From a virus (taxonomy: Duplodnaviria; Caudoviricetes), in the IMG/VR virus record IMGVR_UViG_3300042344_000499, positions 1 to 26,133 of that record: a stretch of DNA of 26,133 bases, one strand, 5' to 3'. Positions 1-9,337 of this stretch are shown here, in pieces. How positions within the stretch are numbered: position 1 is the stretch's first letter; every line of letters starts with the position of its first letter. The translations under genes were made by a program, and so were the position numbers. The notes below the pieces were generated by a model. It was not told where the DNA came from, made no database searches, and saw only the letters and a program-made list of their open reading frames with translations.

Positions 1-97
1 GACGGAAAATGTCGGCCGTAAACCTTCCACCCTTCGGCTTCTGGTTTCTATCGTGCAAGAAGTTTCGGAAAGCACCCAACGCATACAGGAGGGCATG

Positions 98-1324
98 ATG
101 CCCAGCCCCAAGCTCGCCAAGCTTCAGGATGAAGCGCCCGCCCTTCACAAGCAGATCGTCGACCTTCGCGCCCTCGAGCCGAAGGACGAGGCCGATGCCG
201 TGTCGATCCAGGAGCGGCTGAAGGCCGCCGAGACCCGCGCCGCCGAAGTGGCCGTCGAGGCCGCCCGCGAGCGAGAACTGGACAACCGGCTCGAGGAGCT
301 GCGGAAGGTGACGGCGGCGACGCCCGCTTCGGCCCCCGCCGGCGAAGTCGAGAAGGCGACCCGGAAGGCTCCGGCCATCCACATCGCCAAGCGCGGCCCG
401 GTGGCGGCCGCCGACCTGGTGGCCGGTGGCCAGTTCCTCCGGGCGATCGGCATGGGCGCGAAGGCCATCGACCTCCGCAACATGGGCGAGACCTCGCCCA
501 CCTATGACGGGGCCGGCGTCGAGCTGGTCTCGCCGGAGCTGTACCGCGGGTTCCTCGAGACGCTCGCCTACCAGTCGGTGGGTGTGCAGCTCGCGACCCT
601 GTTCGAGACGACCTCGAACGAGTTCCAGATCCCCAAGATCGGCGACATCGAGGCCGACTGGGTCGAGGAGCTGACCGAGGTCGACGACGAGGCCCTCCCG
701 ACCAGCCGCGAGGACATCAAGCTCCACGAGGTCGGCCGCCTGGTCACGATCTCGCGGCGGCTCCTCGACGACGCGGCCGGGGTGGCGAACCTCGCGACCG
801 TGTTCAACCGGCAGATCTCGATCGCGGTCGCGACCAAGATCGACAACGTGTGGCTGAACGGCGACGCCGGCAAGGAGATCGACGGCCTGGTCGACCTGAT
901 CGACGAGGAGAACGAGGTCGAGGCCGGAACCGACTTCGACGGTGGCGACCTGGCCGAGATCGTCGGCAAGATCGACACCCGGGCCTCGAACACGGCCTGG
1001 ATCGTGTCGGGCGAAGGCTGGACGCACATGCTCAAGTCGAGCGTGATCAGCCAGTCGACGCTCGTCGGCGATCGGGTCCTCCCGACGGTGATGGGTGCTC
1101 CGGTCTACCGGGTGCTCGGCCTCCCCGCCGGGACGCTGGCCCTGTACGGCGACTTCGCGATGGCGACCGCCGTGGTCCTGAAGCAGAACGGCCTCGAGGT
1201 CGCGGCCTCCGAGCACGCGGCCTTCAAGTCCAACGGCATCGTCTACCGCGGCCTCCAGCGGTTCGGCCTGGCCAACCACGACCCGCAGTTCGTGGCCAAG
1301 CTGTATTCCGCCGGCAGCAGCTGA
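98..1324 (+). CDS. Major capsid protein, HK97 fold, with N-terminal coiled-coil (delta/scaffold) domain
   Basis: AGGAGG at 87-92 then ATG 98 (ATG 95 is an alternative). Helical N-terminus followed by GAGVELVSPE, ADWVEE, ISRRLLDDA, TVMGAPV, LYGDF and YRGLQRFG motifs typical of HK97-family capsids. Confidence 0.93.
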   Translation: MPSPKLAKLQDEAPALHKQIVDLRALEPKDEADAVSIQERLKAAETRAAEVAVEAARERELDNRLEELRKVTAATPASAPAGEVEKATRKAPAIHIAKRGPVAAADLVAGGQFLRAIGMGAKAIDLRNMGETSPTYDGAGVELVSPELYRGFLETLAYQSVGVQLATLFETTSNEFQIPKIGDIEADWVEELTEVDDEALPTSREDIKLHEVGRLVTISRRLLDDAAGVANLATVFNRQISIAVATKIDNVWLNGDAGKEIDGLVDLIDEENEVEAGTDFDGGDLAEIVGKIDTRASNTAWIVSGEGWTHMLKSSVISQSTLVGDRVLPTVMGAPVYRVLGLPAGTLALYGDFAMATAVVLKQNGLEVAASEHAAFKSNGIVYRGLQRFGLANHDPQFVAKLYSAGSS

Positions 1325-1342
1325 TTGTGAGACTCGCGCGAT

Positions 1343-1376
1343 GCCCGGCGGGTGGCAGGGATGCCGCCCGCCGGGC
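1343..1376 (+). terminator. 15-bp GC-rich hairpin after the capsid gene, GGGA loop (terminator or mRNA stabiliser; CsrA-type loop)
   Basis: GCCCGGCGGGTGGCA-GGGA-TGCCGCCCGCCGGGC with one G-U pair. No clear U-tract follows. Confidence 0.55.
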
Positions 1377-1398
1377 CGTGGCGTTTCAGGAGGATCCC

Positions 1399-1596
1399 GT
1401 GGCCGCGCTCACCCCGATCCGCCTCCTGAAGACCTACCGGGGCGTTCCGCCGGGTGGTGTGATCCACGCAACGCCGGCCCTGGCTCGGCGGCTCGTCTCG
1501 CTGGGAATCGGCTCCGATGACGTCCGGCCGGGCAGCGTCTGCCGGCCGCAAGCGGCGGAGCGGGCCGTGGCCCCCGGCGCCGGGGAGGCTCGATGA
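1399..1596 (+). CDS. Small post-capsid phage protein (65 aa)
   Basis: CAGGAGGA RBS, GTG start, stop overlaps the next ATG (ATGA). Begins VAALTPIRLLKTYRG and occupies the usual slot between capsid and connector genes. Confidence 0.7.
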   Translation: MAALTPIRLLKTYRGVPPGGVIHATPALARRLVSLGIGSDDVRPGSVCRPQAAERAVAPGAGEAR

Positions 1597-2159
1597 AATA
1601 CCGCCCTGACACGCTTCGCGTCCTGACTCACCCGAGCGTCGAGCCCGTGAGCCTGTCTGAGGCGAAGGCCCAGATCGGCCTGATGCCCGACCAGACCGAG
1701 CACGACACGCTGCTCGTGGCCAAGATCGCCACGGCTCGCCGACTGATCGAGGCCCGGCTGGGGATCGCGATCGTGGCGACCGAATACCGGGCCACCTGGA
1801 AGGCCGCCCCGGAGGTCCTCCGGCTCCCGGCCCCGCCCCTGCTGACCGGCAGCGCCTACGGCCTGGTCGTGACGGCCGACGACGACGAACTGACCGAGGG
1901 CGACGACTATGAGGTCGATGCCGACGCCGTCCCGGCCACGATCGAGTTGTCGAAGGGCACCGGCAAGCGGGTGGTCGTCACCTACTGGGCCGGGGTCGAG
2001 CCGGGCGACACGGTCGACCCGCTCCTCCGCTCCGCGATCCTGGCCTACGTCGACCACCAGTTCAACAATCGGGGCGTGATCGCGACCGACGGGGCGACCG
2101 AACTGCCCCAGGCCTTCGACACCCTCCTGGCCGCGAGCAGCTGGAACGGGGGCTGGTGA
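1593..2159 (+). CDS. Head-tail connector/adaptor (HK97 gp6 / phiE125 gp8-like)
   Basis: PSVEPVSLSEAKAQI, ARRLIEARLG, VVVTYWAG and AILAYVDHQFNNR motifs; position after the capsid gene. Confidence 0.88.
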   Translation: MKYRPDTLRVLTHPSVEPVSLSEAKAQIGLMPDQTEHDTLLVAKIATARRLIEARLGIAIVATEYRATWKAAPEVLRLPAPPLLTGSAYGLVVTADDDELTEGDDYEVDADAVPATIELSKGTGKRVVVTYWAGVEPGDTVDPLLRSAILAYVDHQFNNRGVIATDGATELPQAFDTLLAASSWNGGW

Positions 2160-2491
2160 TGGCCGTCCCCTCCGGCATCCTGACCGAGGTTTTCGAGATC
2201 CAGGAGCCCGTCTCGACGCGGAACGCCGCGGGCGAGAGTGTGACCACCTGGGAGGCCGTGCGCCAGGTCTACGGGTCCTACGAGGCCGTCAGCTATTCGG
2301 AGCAGGCCCGCCGCGGCCAGATCGGCGGCAACCTCCAGGCGACCGTCCGGATTCGGTACGTCGCCGGGGTGACCGGTCTGATGCGGCTCCGGTGGGTGTC
2401 CCGGAACGACCGGATCCTGATGATCGCCGGGGTCGTCGAGCGGGGCCGCCGCGAGGAGCTCGAGCTGACCGTCGAGGAGCAGGCGACGTGA
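2156..2491 (+). CDS. Head closure / head-tail joining protein (SPP1 gp16-like)
   Basis: IQEPVSTRNAAGE...W, ATVRIRY...MRL motifs and synteny. Start is GTG 2156 or ATG 2159. Confidence 0.85.
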   Translation: MMAVPSGILTEVFEIQEPVSTRNAAGESVTTWEAVRQVYGSYEAVSYSEQARRGQIGGNLQATVRIRYVAGVTGLMRLRWVSRNDRILMIAGVVERGRREELELTVEEQAT

Positions 2492-3024
2492 TCGACATCG
2501 GGATCAACTTCTTCAGCACGTCGAGCCAGATCGACTCGCTGATGGCTTCGTTTCGGGAACTGCCGCGGCACATCGCCCGGAAGCACCTGAAAGCCTCCAT
2601 GAACAGGACGGTGAAGAACGGGGTGCCTGTGCTCCGGAGCCTGACTCCGAAGGGCACCGCCAGAAACAAACGGAACGCGGTGTCCCGCGACTCCGGCGGG
2701 CGGTTCCTGAAGGGCAGCGGCAAAAAGTTCCGCCAGCGGGCTGGGGCCCTACGGCGGGCCGTCACGTCGAAGTCGAAGTTTGTCGGCCGCGCGAAAGACG
2801 GGTTCGTCGTCGGGGTCGTCGGATACCGCGGCGGCCTCGAAAGCCGGAAGGCCATCTGGCTGGAATACGGGACGTCGCGAGGGATCAGCCCGCGAGACAT
2901 CATCCCAAAGTTTCTGAACGCCTACGGCAAGCCGCAGGGTAAGACGCTGGTCCGGGAAATGAAGAAGGCGCTCAAGGCCGCCGCCCGGGAACTGGCCAGC
3001 GGCAAGAACCCCGGCAGGAGGTGA
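2488..3024 (+). CDS. HK97 gp10-like neck/tail-completion protein
   Basis: GTG 2488 overlaps the previous stop. Basic protein with GALRRAV and WLEYGT motifs; synteny. Confidence 0.8.
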   Translation: MIDIGINFFSTSSQIDSLMASFRELPRHIARKHLKASMNRTVKNGVPVLRSLTPKGTARNKRNAVSRDSGGRFLKGSGKKFRQRAGALRRAVTSKSKFVGRAKDGFVVGVVGYRGGLESRKAIWLEYGTSRGISPRDIIPKFLNAYGKPQGKTLVREMKKALKAAARELASGKNPGRR

Positions 3025-3458
3025 CCATGGGCTCCCCCCACGTCTGGCTCAAGGCAGCGATCGAGGACGCGATCGGCAGCGGCAGCGGCTACGAGGTCAC
3101 GGCCTGGCCGGTGGAGATGACCGGGGCCGGCGACCCCCCCTACGTCATCTACAACCGCACGGCCACGATTCGGGAGCAGCTGCTGCCGGATGCCCTGGAA
3201 GAACTCCCGGAGTTCGACAATCTCCCTCCGGTTGCCACGTTCAACGTGGCTGTTTTTGCCGACTCCTACGTCCAGGCCTGGGAGATCGCCGACGCGATCA
3301 CGGCCGCCGTCCACAGGTTCACAGGTTCGGCCCACGGCGAGACAATCCAGACGGCGCTTGTGACCGACGTCGCCGACGGCGACTCCGGATTCCTCGAGGG
3401 CCGCGAACAGCCGACCTTCACCGTCGAGCTTACCGTCGAAATCACCTACCTGGAGTGA
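3021..3458 (+). CDS. Tail terminator (DUF3168-like)
   Basis: Acidic, about 145 aa, with PPYVIY and FNVAVFADSY...IADAI motifs; lies just before the tail-tube genes. Start is GTG 3021 or ATG 3027. Confidence 0.78.
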   Translation: MTMGSPHVWLKAAIEDAIGSGSGYEVTAWPVEMTGAGDPPYVIYNRTATIREQLLPDALEELPEFDNLPPVATFNVAVFADSYVQAWEIADAITAAVHRFTGSAHGETIQTALVTDVADGDSGFLEGREQPTFTVELTVEITYLE

Positions 3459-3461
3459 CCC

Positions 3462-3854
3462 ATGCCCGGCGACATCTTCACCACGAGCCACGGCACGACG
3501 TTCGAGTTCGACGGCAACACCTACAAGTGCATGGACATCTCCTACGAGTCGTCCGCCCCCAGCCGCGAGCGGCTCGATATGACCACGCTCGACGTGGCCG
3601 ACGGCGGGGAGGCCGTGATGGTCCTGGCCCCGATCGTCCCCAAGCGCGACCCGCGAAAGTTCACGATCGCCTACCGCTCGGTGGACAACACGGTGGCGAT
3701 CGAGGAGGGCACCGTGGGCGAACTGGACACGGCCGACGGCAGCGGGACCTATCGCGTCACCGCCTCCGGCCTGTCCCGGAAAACCAACGCCTACGTCGAG
3801 GGCTCCGCGACGTTCGAGGAAGTGATCGAAGGCGAAGATCAGTCCGGTTCCTGA
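3462..3854 (+). CDS. Tail tube (major tail) protein-like, copy 1
   Basis: SHGTTFEFDG, RLDMTTLD and GSATF motifs in a beta-rich 130-aa protein; synteny. Confidence 0.65.
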   Translation: MPGDIFTTSHGTTFEFDGNTYKCMDISYESSAPSRERLDMTTLDVADGGEAVMVLAPIVPKRDPRKFTIAYRSVDNTVAIEEGTVGELDTADGSGTYRVTASGLSRKTNAYVEGSATFEEVIEGEDQSGS

Positions 3855-3873
3855 TTCCTGACCGGAGGATCGG

Positions 3874-4269
3874 ATGCCCGGCTTTTACTCGTCGCACGGC
3901 ACGACCGTTTCGTTCGACGGCGTTCCGATTGGATACCTGACCGGCTTCGACACCGAATGCAAGGCCGGCGAGACCCACGAGGTAACGCACGTCGAGAGCC
4001 CCGTCTTCGGGACCGGGGCGAATGCCCGCGTCGTCAAAGAGTACGACGTGACGAGCATCGAGCCCCCCACGCTCACGTTCACCTTCTGGGGGCCGCCGTC
4101 CTTCGCGCCGACCGACGCTGGACTCAAGGCCGAGATCGTGTTTGATAGCCCGGGCAACCTGATTTCCGGCGAGGCGATCCTGATGGCCTTCAACCATTCC
4201 GGCCGAGCGGGTCAGTGGTCGACCGGGACCGCCACGTTCCAACTCACAGGAGCCCTGGAGGGCAGCTGA
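3874..4269 (+). CDS. Tail tube protein-like, copy 2 (paralogue of 3462-3854)
   Basis: SHGTTVSFDG, HEVTH and GTATFQLTG motifs. Same length and terminal motifs as the upstream gene; GGAGG RBS. Confidence 0.65.
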   Translation: MPGFYSSHGTTVSFDGVPIGYLTGFDTECKAGETHEVTHVESPVFGTGANARVVKEYDVTSIEPPTLTFTFWGPPSFAPTDAGLKAEIVFDSPGNLISGEAILMAFNHSGRAGQWSTGTATFQLTGALEGS

Positions 4270-4628
4270 TGTCACTGTCATTCGATGAACTGCTCGATCT
4301 CGCGGCGCTGAAGGGCGGCCCGCTCGAGCTCGAGGTGAAGTCGCTGGGCGGGCGGAAGGTGTTCGTCCGCAACCCGTCGAGCGGCGACGTGGATCAGTGG
4401 CGCATGTGGTGCAACAAGCACCAGGGCGGCGACGCGCCGCTGGCGGCCCGGCTCGTGCAGCTGATGCTCTGCGACGAGCGCGGCGAGCGGACGGTGCCCC
4501 AGACCGACGAGGCCCTGGCGGCCCTGGCCGCGAGCGAACCGAAGGTGATCGACGAGATCGCCCGGTTCTGCGTCCCGCTCATGAACGACCCGACGGAGGA
4601 GCAGGTCGAAGAGGAAAAAAAAGACTGA
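4269..4628 (+). CDS. Tail assembly chaperone (lambda gpG-like)
   Basis: ATG overlaps the previous stop (TGATG). Contains LCDERGER and ends EEEKKD at an A8 slippery run; lies between tube and tape measure. Confidence 0.85.
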   Translation: MSLSFDELLDLAALKGGPLELEVKSLGGRKVFVRNPSSGDVDQWRMWCNKHQGGDAPLAARLVQLMLCDERGERTVPQTDEALAALAASEPKVIDEIARFCVPLMNDPTEEQVEEEKKD

Positions 4629-5029
4629 GGGCGGACCCGTGGGAACTGTTCACCTACCGGCTCGCCCTGGAAATGAATGTCTGGGATGTGGAGGACTTCA
4701 AGCGGCGGATCACCCGCCGGCAGCTGCGGCGGTGGATGGCGTTCTACCTGATCGAGCCCTGGGGCCAGCCGTGGCTCCGGGCCGGTCGGATGACGAGCCT
4801 GATCCGGGCCGCGCTGGTGGGCAAGTTCGACAAGCACGACGAGGAGCGGTTCCTGATCACCTACCGGCAGGGCGACGAGTACCGGCCGAAGACGGCCCTG
4901 ACGGACGAAGAGATCAGCGGCCGGCTGGCGGCCCTGCCGGGCCTGAAGAAACGGAGTAAGCGGTGTCTCAGATCGGCAAGGTCTCGGCCGTCTTCACGGC
5001 CAACTCGAGCGGGCTCGTCACCGGCGTGA
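4269..5029 (+). CDS. Tail chaperone G-T fusion via programmed -1 frameshift at about 4616-4622
   Basis: GAA AAA AAA GAC TGA; the -1 frame stays open as RLRADPWELFTYRLALE...EPWG to 5029. Confidence 0.8.
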
Positions 5030-6423
5030 ACCAGGCCGCGTCGTCGATGCGGCGGATGCAAGGCCAAGTGTCGTCGCTCGCGGGAAACATGCGGACGCTG
5101 GTCGCGATCCAGGGGGCCCAGTTCTTCGGCGGCATCATGTCCGCGGCCGGAGGCTACGTCCGGTCGCTCGTGTCGATGGGGCAGGCCCAGGCCCAGGTGA
5201 TCGACAGCCAGAGCAAACTGGCGGCCCGGCTGGGAATGACCTACGGCGAGTTTTCGGGGCTGGCCCTCGCGGGCGACCTGGCCGGCGTCGGCATGGACCA
5301 GATCGCGGCGGCGGCCACGAAGGCCGACGTCGCGTTCGTGAAGGCCGTCAACGGGTCGGCCACGGCCCGCAGGTCGTTCGAGGGCCTGGGGCTGTCCCTG
5401 GAGGAACTGGGCGGCATGTCGGCCGCGGAGCGGTTCCAGGCGATCTCCTCCGCGATCTCCGAACTGCCGACGGAGGCCCAGCGGTCGGCCGCGGCCGTTC
5501 AACTCTTCGGCCGGGCCGGGGCCCAGCTGCTCCCACTGTTTGCCGGCGGGGCCGAGGGCATTCAGCAGGCGGCCGAGCAGGCCGAACGGCTGGGGCTGGC
5601 CCTGACCACGGCCCAGGGCCAGGACGTGGAGGCGATGAACGACGCCTTCACGATGGCCTCGAAGGCGGTCGAGGGTGTCGTCCAGCAAGTGGTTGCCTAC
5701 CTGGCCCCGGCCGTGAAGAACGTGGCCGACACCTTCACCAACCTGGTCGGCTCGATCGGCGGGGCGAACATCGGCCAGGCGATCGGGGACGGGATCCTCC
5801 AGGGGGCGCGGTTCCTGGCCGGGATCGGGGACTGGATAATCAACAACTTCGGGACGGTCTTCGAGTACCTGTCCACGGTCGGCCAGCAGTGGGGCGCGGT
5901 AATGGACTTCGCCCAGCGCGTCGGGAACTTCCTCTTCGGCGTGTTCAAGTTCTTCGAGGCGGTCGGGAACAGCGTGGGGGCGTCCATCACCTACGCTGCT
6001 TCCTTCTTTTCCAAGGCCGCGGGGCAGGCCTCGAAGGAATATGCCGACGCCGCCGCCGCGAACTTCGCCGCCGCTGGCAGCCAGATGGCGAGCGCCTTTA
6101 CGGACTCGAGCAACCCGGTCGGCCAAGCGATCACCGGACCGCTGACGGAGGCTCTGGATTCGGCGATCGCCCAGGCTGAAAGATCCGCGGCGCAAGTTGA
6201 GGAGTCGGGCAAGGGCGCGGCAACTGAAATGGCCGCAGCCGTCGCGGCCGCCGTCGAGCCCCAGGCCGTCCGCGGCATCGACAGCCGGTCGAGCGAAGGG
6301 GTCGCGGAGATGTTCCGCCTGATGCGCGGCGGGGACAGCGTCCAAGAGCAACAGCTGTCGGTGCTCGAGCAGATCGCCGCCAACACGTCCGGCGGCGAAG
6401 ACGACCTCGCGATGGAGTTCTAA
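4963..6423 (+). CDS. Tape measure protein (short, 486 aa)
   Basis: GGAG RBS and GTG start. Ala/Gly-rich helical protein with AAVQLFGRAGAQLLPLF and AERLGLAL motifs; follows the chaperones. Confidence 0.88.
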   Translation: MSQIGKVSAVFTANSSGLVTGVNQAASSMRRMQGQVSSLAGNMRTLVAIQGAQFFGGIMSAAGGYVRSLVSMGQAQAQVIDSQSKLAARLGMTYGEFSGLALAGDLAGVGMDQIAAAATKADVAFVKAVNGSATARRSFEGLGLSLEELGGMSAAERFQAISSAISELPTEAQRSAAAVQLFGRAGAQLLPLFAGGAEGIQQAAEQAERLGLALTTAQGQDVEAMNDAFTMASKAVEGVVQQVVAYLAPAVKNVADTFTNLVGSIGGANIGQAIGDGILQGARFLAGIGDWIINNFGTVFEYLSTVGQQWGAVMDFAQRVGNFLFGVFKFFEAVGNSVGASITYAASFFSKAAGQASKEYADAAAANFAAAGSQMASAFTDSSNPVGQAITGPLTEALDSAIAQAERSAAQVEESGKGAATEMAAAVAAAVEPQAVRGIDSRSSEGVAEMFRLMRGGDSVQEQQLSVLEQIAANTSGGEDDLAMEF

Positions 6424-6426
6424 GCC

Positions 6427-7338
6427 ATGGCCTGGGTGAGCTACGAGCGGATCATCGAAGGGACCGGCCTCTCCGGCAAGTACGGCGAATCCATGCGGGC
6501 CGTCGAGCGGTGGCAGATCCGGACGGACAGCCCCTTGACGAGCAAGGCCGACATCCTCGTCGGGGTGTCGACGACGATCGGCGTCACCTACGGCACGGCC
6601 CACTTCGACCTGCCCGCCTTGAAAGCGCAGGAGTTCGAGCTGTCCCCCGTCGGGCGAGACGGGATGCGGTGGGTGCTCACGGTCCAGTACTACATCCCGA
6701 CGCCGGGGAAGGAAGTGACGGAGAACGGGATCCCGGACGACGTCTGGGAGCGGTCGGGCGGTGTCACCAGCGTTCCGGCCTTCACCGACCGCGATGGGGA
6801 GTCGATCGTCAACGCAGCCGGCGACCCGCTCGAAGGGCTGGAAAAAGAGCGCGACGAAGAATCGTGGACGCTCACGCGGTGCTACGAAGACGACACCGCC
6901 CTGGAGTCGGACATCGACGGGGCCGACGGCCGGATCAACGAAAGCACCTGGAACGGCCGCGGTGCCGGATATTGGAAGTGCTACTTCAAGGGGGCGAAGC
7001 GCGTCACAACGTCGCGGCTCAATGGCAGCGAAGACGGCGGCACGCTGCTCTACATCGAGGCTCAATGGGAGTTTCGCTATGACCCGGGCTCCTGGAAACT
7101 GATGCCCTGGGACGTCGGGTTCATGGAGCTGGTCGGCTCGGGGGAAAAGCGGACGATCACCACCGACGACGGCAAGCCGGTCAAGCAGCCGGTCGGCCTG
7201 GCGGTCGACGGCACGGCCCTCGCGGCCGGCACGAAGCCACTCGTCGCCAACGGCGGTGAAGGGTTCGACATCTACGAGGAGGCGGACTTCGAGGTGATCT
7301 TCGGCACGCCCTCGATCCTGCCGGCCGGGAGCTCGTGA
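6427..7338 (+). CDS. Tail tip / distal-tail-like structural protein
   Basis: First gene after the tape measure; beta-rich with IVNAAGDP and DVGF motifs. Function inferred from position. Confidence 0.55.
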   Translation: MAWVSYERIIEGTGLSGKYGESMRAVERWQIRTDSPLTSKADILVGVSTTIGVTYGTAHFDLPALKAQEFELSPVGRDGMRWVLTVQYYIPTPGKEVTENGIPDDVWERSGGVTSVPAFTDRDGESIVNAAGDPLEGLEKERDEESWTLTRCYEDDTALESDIDGADGRINESTWNGRGAGYWKCYFKGAKRVTTSRLNGSEDGGTLLYIEAQWEFRYDPGSWKLMPWDVGFMELVGSGEKRTITTDDGKPVKQPVGLAVDGTALAAGTKPLVANGGEGFDIYEEADFEVIFGTPSILPAGSS

Positions 7339-7694
7339 TGGCCAAGGGAGTGAAGTTCAGCGAGGGGGCGGCCCGGCGGGTGATCGCCGCCACGCTGGCC
7401 CACGAGCGCGGCAACCGCGATCAGCCGCCGGTGAAGTTCCGGTCGGTCGCGGACGAGGATCCCCAGGCGCTGCTCGGAAAAACCACCGCAGCGTGGGACA
7501 AGGGCACACTGGCGACGATCGTGATCTATGACCTGGGAGATCCGCCATTCGAGGAACAATCGTCGCCCCTTCGGGAAATCGAGGGCTGTTGCAACAAGTT
7601 CGCCGACATCGAAGCCGATAGCTGGGTCTGGCTGAATCGGGGGCCCCGCGGCCACTGGTATGTGACCGCAGCCGAATGCCCGGAGGGCAGCTGA
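7335..7694 (+). CDS. Putative minor tail protein
   Basis: Coupled start (GTG 7335 or ATG 7338); C-terminal NKFADI...WYVTAAEC; within the tail operon. Confidence 0.55.
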   Translation: MMAKGVKFSEGAARRVIAATLAHERGNRDQPPVKFRSVADEDPQALLGKTTAAWDKGTLATIVIYDLGDPPFEEQSSPLREIEGCCNKFADIEADSWVWLNRGPRGHWYVTAAECPEGS

Positions 7695-9337
7695 TGGGCT
7701 TCCTGTTTGGCATCTGCTCGGATTGTTGCCAGGACGAAGAGGAGCCCTGCAGCCCGGGGACGGACGACGCTTTCAGCCAGATATGCTCGACGGAGTGCGA
7801 TGCGCCCGCGTTCCCAGACGGCGGCGATTTGTACCGCAACGTGCCCAAGGGGTGCCTGCCAGCGTTTGCCGAGCCTGCTGGTTACGTCACCCTCGAGATC
7901 ACCGCCTGCTACGGCAGCGGGGCGGCGGCGACGGTGGCCGCCCCGGAAGCCTACGGCGTCTGCGACTACGAGGGGGCCAGCGGCCCGATCGCCTCAGTCA
8001 CCGTGACGAACGGCGGATCTGGCTACGCGGTGCTGGGAAGGGTCGCGCCGACGCTGACGGCGTCGATCGCCGGCGGCAGCGGCGCGACCGTCACTCCGAC
8101 GCTCGCCCAAAACCATGATGACGACTGCGGCCGACCGCTCTGGGCTGTCGAATCTCTCTCGGCCAGCGGCGGGTCTGGGTATGCCGACAATGCCGACGTG
8201 ACCTTCAGCGTGGCGGCCGGAGACACGGAGGTCGCGGCCGCGGAGGGCAAAGCCTTCGTGGGGTCTACCACGCCCAACCCGTCCGGGATCACGACCGACG
8301 GCATGGGCACCGGAGCCAGCCTCACGCTCACGTTCACCCAGCTGGCCAGCGGCGACTGGGTTTCCCGAGGCTACTCCGGGTGCCCGGCACCGAATGACGT
8401 GCCGAAGCGGAAGACGTACGCGCTGACCGGGGCGACCATCAGCAACGGAGGCAGCGGCTATGCGCAGTACGATCGCCTGTATTTATCGTTCGCATCCGCC
8501 GCCGACGGGTTTGAGGTCCTCGGCCAACATGCGTTCCTCGACGTCGACTCCGTCGATGGCAGCGGCGCGATCACCGGCCTGTACCTCGATCCGCTCGACC
8601 AGGGCAAGTACGCCGGGGCGCTGACGGACGCGATCGAAAAGGCGATCGTGCTTGAGTGCAGCAACAAGGCTGGCAGTTATTACCGCGGCGACGCCAGCGA
8701 GCCGGCCCTGGTCGCCACCGTGACGCTGACGCTCTCGCAAGAGAACCCCAGCGACGGCGCCGGCGCTGACCTGGTCGCGGTGGTCGACGACGATCCCGCG
8801 AGCGCGACGTTCGGCCAGATCACGGCCATCACGGTCGACGATGGCGGCTCGGGATACCTTCAGCCGCCGGCGGGGTGCGAGCCACCGGGCGAAAACATCT
8901 ATGTGACATTCGGCGACCATACCGGAACGCTGTCGCTGGCATGCGGCGCGACGGCAAACGACGGAGAGATCATTCGCACTGGCCAGAACTGCACCTATTT
9001 TCGGGCGCTCGTCGAGGGATGCGCGTGCGACGGTCATGTTTACATCACGGTGTTTCATTTTCACGTCAACTGCGACCCGGCGGCCAACTGCGACGAGGGC
9101 GAGGAGTTCGACTGCGGAGGGCTCTACAGCGTTGTCCCGGATCCGTACGGCGTCGAGCGGTATTCCTACCGCCTGGAGAGCGATGAGGACGGCTGCCTGA
9201 CCGGCGAGATCACGCTGGTCAACCAAAACACGAAACACTTTGCCAACCCGGACGGAGTCGGCGGCGTGGTGACGACGACCCAGACGCCGCCGCTCCCCAG
9301 CCAGGGGCCGCCGTCGCTTTCGTTCATGCCACCATGA
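7694..9337 (+). CDS. Cys-rich tail tip/fibre protein with GGSGY repeats
   Basis: ATG overlaps the previous stop. Four GGSGY repeats (VTNGGSGY, ASGGSGY, ISNGGSGY, VDDGGSGY); Cys-rich N- and C-termini. Confidence 0.65.
   Translation: MGFLFGICSDCCQDEEEPCSPGTDDAFSQICSTECDAPAFPDGGDLYRNVPKGCLPAFAEPAGYVTLEITACYGSGAAATVAAPEAYGVCDYEGASGPIASVTVTNGGSGYAVLGRVAPTLTASIAGGSGATVTPTLAQNHDDDCGRPLWAVESLSASGGSGYADNADVTFSVAAGDTEVAAAEGKAFVGSTTPNPSGITTDGMGTGASLTLTFTQLASGDWVSRGYSGCPAPNDVPKRKTYALTGATISNGGSGYAQYDRLYLSFASAADGFEVLGQHAFLDVDSVDGSGAITGLYLDPLDQGKYAGALTDAIEKAIVLECSNKAGSYYRGDASEPALVATVTLTLSQENPSDGAGADLVAVVDDDPASATFGQITAITVDDGGSGYLQPPAGCEPPGENIYVTFGDHTGTLSLACGATANDGEIIRTGQNCTYFRALVEGCACDGHVYITVFHFHVNCDPAANCDEGEEFDCGGLYSVVPDPYGVERYSYRLESDEDGCLTGEITLVNQNTKHFANPDGVGGVVTTTQTPPLPSQGPPSLSFMPP

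Noticed and set aside
4861-7065. Long minus-strand ORF (734 aa) and other long antisense or alternate-frame ORFs (e.g. 11816-13171, 9647-10735, 13104-14201, 13316-14374)
   Set aside because: These are shadow ORFs of GC3-rich genes: Arg/Pro/Gly-rich, without motifs, and fully overlapping well-supported genes.
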